From: Octopus bimaculoides
Lineage: Eukaryota
DNA length: 63,831 nt
NCBI RefSeq assembly: GCF_001194135.2
Contig: NC_068989.1
Coordinates: forward strand, 84,693,966-84,757,796
Reading direction: 5' to 3'
Shown here: positions 25,790 to 35,558 of the stretch, in pieces
Position numbering within the stretch: the stretch's first letter is position 1
Layout of the letters: each line of letters starts with the position of its first letter
The notes under the pieces: generated by a model
The model's input: only the letters and a program-made list of their open reading frames with translations
Told to the model about the DNA's origin: nothing
Database searches by the model: none
Made by a program: the position numbers and the translations under genes

Positions 25790-26225
25790 GCATCTTGGTG
25801 TATGCATCATATGCTGTGCTTGAGAAGACTAGTCAAGCCAAGTGAAATTGTAGTCATGGCCAATGCCAGTGCTGTGTGACTGGCACCCATACTAGTGGCA
25901 TGTAGAAAGCATCGTTCAAACATTGAGCCTCACAGAGGCGGTGACAGGTAACCAAGATCTTTGGCGATATACTATGCTTGAGAAGATCTGTTGAACCAAG
26001 TGAGTTCATAGTCATGGCTGATGGCAGTGGCACATAAAAAGCACCCACCACACTCTTGGAGTGGTTTGCATTAGGAAGAGCATCCAGTTGTAGAACCCAT
26101 GCCAAATCAGATTGGAATCTAGTGCAGCTCTCCAGCTAACCAGTGCTCATTGAAACCGTCCAACCTATGCCAGCATGGAAAATGGATTTTAAATGATGAT
26201 GATGGTGATGATGATGATGATGATG

Positions 26226-26230
<5 letters not shown>
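25790..26230 (+). mobile_element. Family C retroposon with duplicated internal modules
   Basis: gatatactatgcttgagaaga modules occur twice, then the family C core and (gat)n tail; the same layout is at 30040-30520. Confidence 0.8.
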
Positions 26231-26260
<30 letters not shown>

Positions 26261-26262
26261 TA

Positions 26263-26520
26263 TCTAGTTTCTTCTGAAGTGTTTGTGTCAGGGTCCATTT
26301 CCCTGATCCCATACCACGACACTGATTCAACAAACGCTCTGAAGAATGATATTCTGGTTTTTCTGGTGGGATCTGACTTCTGCGTCTCTTCCATTTTGTT
26401 TATCGCAGCCCAGGCTTCAGTAATTTTAATGTCAATGTCCCTTTTTTTTTTAACTTATCCAGCTGCCCAAATGTAGAAACTCATCAACTCAATTTATCAT
26501 TCCACCATCTGGTGTAACAA
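26263..26520 (-). pseudogene. Decayed RTE-clade LINE ORF2 fragment (C-terminal to the RT core)
   Basis: Manual minus-strand translation with two frameshifts: VDEFLHLGSWIS/DIDIKITEAWAAINKMEETQKSDPTRKTRISFFRAFVESVSWYG/SGKWTLTQTLQKKLD. This fits the recalled consensus VxxFxYLGS...DIxxRxxxAW...FRAxVESVLLYGxExWTLT. Confidence 0.8.
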
Positions 26521-26650
26521 GATTTCCTCCCTCTTGTTTGAATGATATGTGCTCTGTCTTTCTATACACACATACCACAACTATTACCACCACGCACCGC
26601 CACCCCCACCACTACTACTACTACTACTACCACCATTTCTACATACACAT

Positions 26651-26682
<32 letters not shown>

Positions 26683-27041
26683 CATGAGGCCTTAAAGTAA
26701 ACCTCGTATAAGCACGAGTTTTAATTATAAGGGAAGAGAAGAGAGAACCCTGTTGTTATTTGCAACATGTTGTGTATGTATATGGAGAATGAGAGTTCGA
26801 TAAGAAAGACCCTAGGGATCTAGACAGAGGTCCAAGATTGAAAATCATGGAAAGCAGTGACGAAGTGGATGGGATATGCCAGGTTTAAACTGACCAACAC
26901 AAGCTTAGTGTCAAGACCACTTCTCTTCTCTATGAGTTCATGAGAGAAAGGAGGAGGAGGAGGAGGAGGAGGATTACATATGTGAGATCTTACTGAGTCT
27001 CTATGTTGCCTCTGTGTGTATGTACATGTCTGTGTATATAG

Positions 27042-27073
<32 letters not shown>

Positions 27074-27443
27074 TTTACTATGCACAAACAGATAGATATG
27101 TGTCTTCAGCTGATCACTGGTGAGATAGTGATCACCAATAACAATAACACAGACCCTGGTACAGATCAATACTTTCAGAAACCATGTTTACCAAACTCAC
27201 TCAGTACAGTAGTCGCAGCAGTAGCATATCCATTGTTGTTGTGGTGCTTGTACTAGATGTGGTGGTGGTGGTGGTCATAGTTGTAGTAATAATGTTTGGT
27301 GGGCTTCTGATAATTCAGACAATGTTGAAATGCTGACTCTCATTCTTTTCACCTAGTTGCTGTAATATGTCTGTAGATAGAAAAATATGATTTATATGTA
27401 CAGATATATTTATATATTTATATATATCATCATCATCATCGTT

Positions 27444-27664
27444 TTAGCTCTTTAGCATTCAGATTATTTTGTCAAATGTATTGCTTTTTTGTTCAATCTG
27501 TTTTGAATTTATCGTGCATTTTTTTCTAACTTCAAGATTTCAGTGGTGTGTTTGTATATTTTTAGAATGACATTGTGGGTTAGGTGTGAGAGATTGGACC
27601 TGGTCAATTTTAACATAAAACCAGCGGGGGGATATCTGGACCAGATTAAATGCTAAAGGGTTAA
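27444..27664. mobile_element. piggyBac-like MITE (family D), near complete
   Basis: ttagctctttagcatt ... aatgctaaagggttaa. Confidence 0.75.
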
Positions 27665-28225
27665 TGTCCACTCTTGCCTGTTTGCATGGGTTCAATAGAG
27701 TTTGTGGAGGCAGATATGGCCAGATGTCCTTTCTGTGTTGCCAAACCTCACCTAGCTTCCTGTAAGGAAATATTTCCTCATAACCAAACATGTTCTCGCA
27801 GGTTATTGGAAATGAATGACAGTAGCAGTCATTTTACAACTATCATGTGATGTCAAGACAAGGAAACAAACACACTCACACACACCATCATCATCATTTA
27901 ACACCCACTTTTCCATGCCTGCATGGGTCAGATGGAATTCGTTGAGGCAGATTTTCTACAGCCAGCTGCCCTTTCTGTTGCCATCCCTTATCCATTTCCA
28001 AACAAGGTAATATTTTCCCATGACCAGACATGCTTTTTTTTTACAGAAAACTAGAAGTTAACAACACTGCTTGTATGCTGGTGATGATTGTTTACAACCA
28101 TCAGATGCTGTCAAGACAAGAGTACAAACAAACACACACACACACACACACAAATACACAGTCTTTCTCTCTCTCTCTCATACACTGACATACACACACG
28201 CACGCAACAGGCTTCTTTTAATTTC

Positions 28226-28458
28226 CTATTTCTTTATTGCCCACAATGAGCCAAACATAGAGAGGACAAACAAGGACAGACAAAGGGATTAAGTTGATTA
28301 CATCGACTCCAGTGCATAACTGGTACTTAATTTATTGACCCCCGAAAGGATGAAAGGCAAAGTCGACCTCGGCAGAATTTGAACTCAGAACATAAAGACA
28401 GACAAAATACTGCTAAGCATTTCGCCCGGTGCACTAACGTTTCTGCCAGCTCACCGCC
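28226..28458 (-). mobile_element. A2 SINE nested in a family B head, 10-bp TSD
   Basis: TSD ttttaatttc at 28216-28225 and 28459-28468; the flanks rejoin to the family B sequence ggcttctt..tttc|tgcctaccaaatccact. Confidence 0.85.
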
Positions 28459-29602
28459 TTTTAATTTCTGCCTACCAAATCCACTAACAAGGTTTTAGTT
28501 GGCTCCAAGTCTATTGAAGAAGACACTTGCCCAAGGTGCCATACATTGGGACTGAACCCAAGCCCATATTGTTGGGAAGCAAGCTTCTGAACCACATGGC
28601 TGTGCCTGGGCCTACACACCCACACACACACATATGTAAGTACTTATAAAAGTAGGTTAATGTGAAGTCTAATTAGCATTAAAATTAAGGTGTAAGGTTA
28701 GGTAAAGGATTTATTAAAACAGCACAAAGAGATGTGATTATTATTATTATTTTTATTGTTGCTGTTGTTGTTCTGAATTGTTTCTGAATTCAAATCCTGC
28801 CTCGGTTTATTTTATTTTACATCTCATCCTGCCAACATCAGTAAAGTACCAGTCAAGTACTGGGGTTGATAGCACTGACTAACATCCTCCCTTCAGAATT
28901 GTTGGCCCTTTTGTTTAAATTAAAGAACATTATTATTTGTTGTTTTCTCTATAGTGTCTGTGTGTGTGTGTGCATGCGTGCGTATTTGTATTCTTGTTTT
29001 GGCTACATTTGCGTGCATGTATATACACGTATATTTCTGTATACACATTCATGCAAGCGTGTGTATGTGTGTGTATTTTCATACTTCTATGTATACTTGT
29101 AACTGTATTTTTGTTTGCATGTATGTGTGTGTGTGTGTTTGCATGTATCTGTGCATGTGTGTATGTTTCTCTGTATACATTCATGTGTGTTCTTGTGTGT
29201 GTGTATACTCATATGCATATTTTCATATTTGTATGTATATGTGAATATAGATTAATGTATGTATGCATGTGAGTATATTTGTATTAACCTGTATGTTTGC
29301 ATATATGTCTATATTTGTGTGTGTGTGTGTGTGTGTATGATTCATCTGAATATACATCAATGACACTTGAGATTTTGCTGTTTTCTTTCCCCCTCACCTC
29401 ACCCCCACCCACTCTCCTCCTTGAGAAATCTTTGTTGGAAAGTGGGGCAGTCATGTTATGTCTTGGAAGTGTGTCTGTTGGCGCCACTCTCAGACTGAGG
29501 GCTTCCGTAGTCCTTCCTACAGACTACAGAGTCACTGCTTTGGTTGGCTTAACTCTTTCATAACATCACACTCATGTTGTCATGACTGAGACCACACGGA
29601 TA

Positions 29603-29643
<41 letters not shown>

Positions 29644-30039
29644 CACCAGCTAGCTCACACATATACACATACCCCCATACATACAGACTATCCACTACAC
29701 ATATACATGCATTCTGTCATGCATACATACAAACATTCCACCATGCATTCCTACACCATAGCATATCCCTGGTCCATTATATTATCTTAACCTCGTAACC
29801 ATGGTAATACACCATCATGTCCACATTGCTTGTGGCTATATAGAGGGTTGGCTTGTATTATTATTGTTAGTTGGTCTTTCATCCTTTCAAATTCCGCTTT
29901 TCATCCTTTTGGGGTCGGTGAAATAAGTACCAGTTATGCACTGGGGTTGATGTAATCGACTAGCCCCCTTCTCCCAAAATTTTCAAGGCCTTGTGCCTAG
30001 AGTAGAAATAATAATTATTATTATCATCATCATTATCAT

Positions 30040-30740
30040 GGTTAATGCCGGTGTTACACAACTGACACTAATACCAGTGGCATGTAAAAAGCCCTTCAAA
30101 TGCTGGACGATATACTGTGCTTGAGAAGACCCATCAAGCCAAATAAAATCATAATTGTGACCTATGTCAGTGTCACATAACTGGCACCTTTCAAACGTTG
30201 GGCCTTCTGGAGGCAATGACAAGTGATCGAGACTTTTGGCGATATGCTGTGCTTGAGAAGACCTGTCATGCCGAGTGAGATCATAGTCATGGCTGATGCT
30301 GGAGTTACATAACTGGCTCCCATGCTGGTGGCACGTAAAAAAGCACCCACTACACTCTTGAAGTGGTTGGCGTTAGGAAGGGCATCCAGCTGTAGAAACC
30401 ATGCCAAATCGGATTGGAATCTGGTGCAGCTTACCAGTTTTCAGTCAAACCGTCCAACCCATGCCAGCATGGAAAACGGACGTATGATGACGACGACGAC
30501 GACGACGATGATGATAATGATGATGAATAAGGTGGCAAATTAACAGAATTGTTAGCATATCAAACAAAATGCTTAGTGACGTTTCTTGTCATGTCATTGA
30601 GTTCAAATTCTACCAAGGTCTAATTTGCCTTTCGTTTTTTCAGGGTCAATAAAGTAAGTACCAGACGAGCACTAAGATCAATGTAATTGACTAACATCTT
30701 CCTCCCTATGATTGCCAAGTCTGTTCCTAGAATGTTGTGT
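30040..30740 (+). mobile_element. Family C retroposon (30040-30520) followed directly by a family A SINE (30530-30740)
   Basis: Family C core and tail, then aaggtggcaaattaacagaattgttagc. Confidence 0.75.
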
Positions 30741-31666
30741 AGAACCCTGCCAAATACCTGCCGTGTTTTTATGCTGATGGTGTAAGATCTCCCATTACCT
30801 CCACCACCGTAACGAACTCCGCCATCTCTTCCACCGCCACCTCTTCCACCGCCACCATCATCAACCTTACTTTTGTGAATATCATTTCCGCATCACTTAA
30901 TCTATCACACCAACTCAACCACTGACCTACCATTTCACCAAATTTATTCTAGTTTCCTAGTTACAAAATCTGTGACTGAATGATACTGAATTTTCCATAT
31001 ATTGCGAGCTTAAACCGCTGCCATGCCTGGCAAACGAACGACTCAGCACCAAGGAGATCCAATACAGATGAAAACCATATGGTCCGGTGATCTGAGAGCT
31101 AGGGTGACAGGAGTTATCTCCCGCTTGCAATAAATATCACGTGTGAGAAGTGCACTGAATTAACCGGCTTGAGGATATGTCTTCCTGGGGTTAAATGGCA
31201 GTATCGCCATCTCTTAAAGGAGAACCACATTAAAGTGGCCATAAACAATACTCTCACAATGTTTTGTCAATATGATAGTCAGAGGCTGACTGTCTGTGCA
31301 AAAGGTTCTGCTCCTTTCGCACAATTGTTGTTATTTAGAATAAAGGTGTTCCAGTCATGACTCCCACCTTATTACACATACATTTTCAGCTGTGCATATC
31401 ACATACTAACATTTTCGATTTTGTTGATGGAACAGGTAGCCACCTAATAATAATAACAGTTATTATTATTATTATTATTATTATACCCATCATGACTACC
31501 CGTCTGATAAGGGTACACCAGGCACATGCATCACAACCATATGTGCGCGACATGGTGATCTCATATCAAGATAAACAGCGCACGATCTTGCAGGTGGGGC
31601 CCAGTTAGAATTTTCTTCAGGTCGGGTAGCCCATTCCGCTCAAAAGGACCCTGAATAATAATAATA

Positions 31667-31694
<28 letters not shown>

Positions 31695-31701
<7 letters not shown>

Positions 31702-31910
31702 TTCTACTATAGGCACAAGGCCTGGATTTTGTGGGGAGGGGAGACAGTCGATCATATCGACCCCAGTACTCAACTGGTACTTAATTTATCGACCCCGAAA
31801 GGATGAAAGGCAAAGTCAACCTCGGCAGAATCTGAACTCAGAACGTGGTGCCAGGTGAAATACCACTAAGCATTTTGGCTGGCATGCTAACGATTCTGCC
31901 AGCCCACTGC
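31695..31910 (-). mobile_element. Family A SINE
   Basis: Core plus head; (att)n on both sides. Confidence 0.85.
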
Positions 31911-32919
31911 TTTTATTATTATTTTTATTATTATTATTATGGCACCGTCATGGTATTAGCTGTCAGAATTGAAAGTAGAACTGACAAGGAACGTTANNNN
32001 NNNNNNNNNNNNNNNNNNNNNNNNNNNNNNNNNNNNNNNNNNNNNNNNNNNNNNNNNNNNNNNNNNNNNNNNNNNNNNNNNNNNNNNNNNNNNNNNNNNN
32101 NNNNNNNNNNNNNNNNNNNNNNNNNNNNNNNNNNNNNNNNNNNNNNNNNNNNNNNNNNNNNNNNNNNNNNNNNNNNNNNNNNNNNNNNNNNNNNNNNNNN
32201 NNNNNNNNNNNNNNNNNNNNNNNNNNNNNNNNNNNNNNNNNNNNNNNNNNNNNNNNNNNNNNNNNNNNNNNNNNNNNNNNNNNNNNNNNNNNNNNNNNNN
32301 NNNNNNNNNNNNNNNNNNNNNNNNNNNNNNNNNNNNNNNNNNNNNNNNNNNNNNNNNNNNNNNNNNNNNNNNNNNNNNNNNNNNNNNNNNNNNNNNNNNN
32401 NNNNNNNNNNNNNNNNNNNNNNNNNNNNNNNNNNNNNNNNNNNNNNNNNNNNNNNNNNNNNNNNNNNNNNNNNNNNNNNNNNNNNNNNNNNNNNNNNNNN
32501 NNNNNNNNNNNNNNNNNNNNNNNNNNNNNNNNNNNNNNNNNNNNNNNNNNNNNNNNNNNNNNNNTTAGCTGTCAGTAGCCAAAGAATCAACTCAAACCAG
32601 CAGTAACGTTCTTTATCAGATTTTTCTACTTTCACTTCTGACAGTGCCATTATTATTATTATTAATAATAATAATAATAATAATAATAACGGTTTCAAAT
32701 TTTACCACAAGGGCAGCAGTTTTGAGGGAGGGGATGAGTCGATTACATCGACCCCAGTGTTCAACTGGTACTTATTCTATCGACCCCCGAAGGATGAAAG
32801 GCAAAATCGACCTCAGGGAATAATAATGGTTTCATATTTTGATTCAGGGCCAGCAGTTTTTGAGGGGAGGAGGAAGTCAAGTACATTGGCCCCCATGACT
32901 TCACTGGTGCTTATATTAT

Positions 32920-33245
32920 AGGTACAGGCATGGCTGTATGGTAAGAAGCTTGCTTCCCAACCACATGATTCCAGGTTCAGTCCCACTGCATGGCACCTTA
33001 GGCAAGTGTCTTCTACAATATACTCGAGCCAACCAAAGCCTTGTGACTGGATTTGGTAGACGGAAACTGAAAGAAGCTTGTGTGCGTGTGTCTCCCTCCC
33101 ATCATCTGACAACGGATGTTGGAGTGTTTACATCCCCCGTAACTTAGCGGTTCGGCAAAGGAGCCTGATAGAATAAGTGCTAGGCTTTCAAAAATCCATC
33201 CTGCATGGCTGCAGTCAAATGACTGAAACAAGTAAAAGAAGAAGG
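32920..33245 (+). mobile_element. Family B SINE with internal deletion, among family A fragments (32690-32910 and 33245-33350, minus strand)
   Basis: ggcatggctgtatggtaagaagcttgcttcccaacc...gtcaaatgactgaaacaagtaaaag. Confidence 0.8.
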
Positions 33246-34205
33246 AACCCATAAAAATGAAAGACAAGGTCGGCCTTGGTGAAATTTCGAATTCAAAACG
33301 TAAAAACAGACGAAACACTGCTAAGCATTTTGTTCAGCATGCTAATAATTCTAGGCTCTAAAATGTCTGCTAAGATCACGTGTAGATATCTTTACATATT
33401 CCCAGATCATATTCTGTTACTTGTTTAAATCATAGGACAGCAGCCATGCTGGAGCACCTCGTTCGAGAGTTTATCCCCAGTATCAATCTTCATTAAATGA
33501 CCGAGCTTACCAAAGTTATCGCCTTATGGCTTTAAAGAGTTACCTCCCTGTTAACGACAAATATAACGATATTACACTGGCATTCATGCATGCATATGTG
33601 CATATATATATATATATATATGAAATTCATTAATATTTTAATTAATTAGTCTTCAAGTATTAGGGCTTTTATCATAATTATTTGAGTTCTAGTAATGGAT
33701 TCATCCAACTGTTTTTTAAAATTCTGATTGTTTTATGTTTTGGCTGATTTTAGACTATCATTTAACATTTGTGTGTGTAATCTTTGATCTGTTCATATAT
33801 AGAGAGAAACAGACAGGTAGGTAGGTAGGTAGGTAGGTAGATAGATAGATAGATAGATAGATAGATATCATCATCGTCAACATTGTCACTTTGATGTCTA
33901 CTTTTCTGTGCTCAACATGGGTTCGATGAAATTAGTCGAACTGGATTCTCTACGGGTGGATACATAAAGTTTTATTGGTTTGTGGAGTGTATTGCTGTGC
34001 AAAGGGCCTGGCATAAGACACAGAGTTGTTCAATTCAATTGCCCATACATAGTGGAAGTGGGGTTAAATTTGTGAAAACTGTATCTTCTTTGCTGATATA
34101 TAAAACTGAATGTTAATCTTTCAGTAAACAAACACACACTCACACAAGGTTCCAAATGAAGATGTTACAAGGTCTATCACACACACACACACACACACAC
34201 ACACA

Positions 34206-34426
34206 GGCAGAAACGTTAGCACGCTGGGCGAAATGCTTAGCGGTATTTCGTCTGCCGCTACGTTCTGAGTTCAAATTCCGCCGAGGTCGACTTTGCCTTT
34301 CATCCTTTCGGGGTCGATTAAATAAGTACCAGTTACGAACTGGGATCGATATAATCGACTTAATCCGTTTGTCTGTCCTTGTTTGTCCCCTCTCTGTGTA
34401 GCCCCTTGTGGGTAGTAAAGAAATAA
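34206..34426 (+). mobile_element. Young A2 SINE inserted in (CA)n, 111 nt upstream of the exon acceptor
   Basis: Near-identical reverse complement of 8881-9112. Confidence 0.9.
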
Positions 34427-34537
34427 CACACACACTCACTCACATACACAATATTTATAAAGTTTTATTGGTTTATAGTTTCACCCCAACACCGATCATG
34501 AAGCACGGGCCCTAATATCTATGTTTTTCTCTTTCAG

Positions 34538-35004
34538 AAAATCAAGATGTTAATTTGGATGCTATTCTTGGAGAACTCTGTGAACTTGAATGTCAGTTAA
34601 ATACGACACAGAATGAAATATCAAAGTCTCTGGCTCCATCGACGACGACTCCGCAGTCTACAGTAGGAATTAACTCTAGTGATCCTCCGGTACACAATGA
34701 ACCGACAGACCCAATTCAAGCTGAACTTGATGCACTGGCTGCAGAAATCACCAAAGGACTGGGATTTGATACAAGCGATGATTTCTTTGGCATGCACTCT
34801 GAGCTTACGTCACTGTTCCCGGACGGCGGCTTGGATATCACCGAAACGGACTCTGCTTATTCTGACAATGCTTCTTTGCCGTCTTCAGAGTCATTCACAT
34901 CAATGGCCACAGTGTCTTCATCTGCCGATACCTCGAGCACTGGAGACGCCTGTAGCACAAGCAGCACGAGCACACTGACGCCAGCTTCTGCCACCCAAAC
35001 TGAA
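34538..35004 (+). CDS. RAPH1: Internal coding exon (467 nt, phase 1 to phase 0) of the same MRL-family adaptor: amphipathic helix plus S/T-rich linker upstream of the RA-PH domains
   Basis: Acceptor tttttctctttcag| at 34537 and donor GAA|gtaagt at 35005. Stop-free, non-repetitive frame NQDVNLDAILGELCELECQLN...TDSAYSDNASLPSSESFTSMATVSSS...ASATQTE. The LDAILGELCELE and DSAxSD motifs match my recollection of invertebrate MRL proteins (pico). Confidence 0.85.
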
Positions 35005-35236
35005 GTAAGTTCCTTCACTTCAATAACATCCTTTTTGGGGGGGATTTTCTTCCTTTCCTTGTTTTCTTTTTCTCAAGACACTTTCATTGCAAAGCTCCTC
35101 ACCCACAGTGTTTATAATATTGTACAATAATTAAAGCAGTGAAAAATATTCCCTTTAGAGGTGTGTTTTCTGAGCCCGGTATACCCCTGGAGTGCAGCCT
35201 AAAAGTCTGCTTGTACTGTCCCTTCCCTTACCAAAA

Positions 35237-35558
35237 GAGACAATTAGGCACAGCTGTGTGGACGCTTAGATTTGGCACAGCTAACTGGACATTCACCCAG
35301 TTTTGGCAATGGTACTTTTTGCTGTTGGAGGTATGCAAATACACACACACACACACACACAGAAATATACACATGCAGATAAAAAGAGAGAGAGGAGGAG
35401 AAACCTTACAATTTATTAATTGGCATAATTGACCTAAACACCTTCCTTCTTTTCATGCACATTAAGAAATAACACTCACACACATAAACAGGAAGAATTC
35501 AGCACCAAATTGGCAGTGCCAAATAGGCAGCGCCAAAACAGCTGTGCCAAAATGTCTC
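35237..35558. mobile_element. Possible old MITE with degenerate long TIRs
   Basis: gagacaattaggcacagctgtgtggacgc versus the reverse complement of gcgccaaaacagctgtgccaaaatgtctc. Confidence 0.45.

Larger units (their letters stand above)
1726..34537 (+). other. Phase-1 GT-AG intron, 32,812 nt
   Basis: Bounded by the two exons above with matching phase. Confidence 0.75.
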
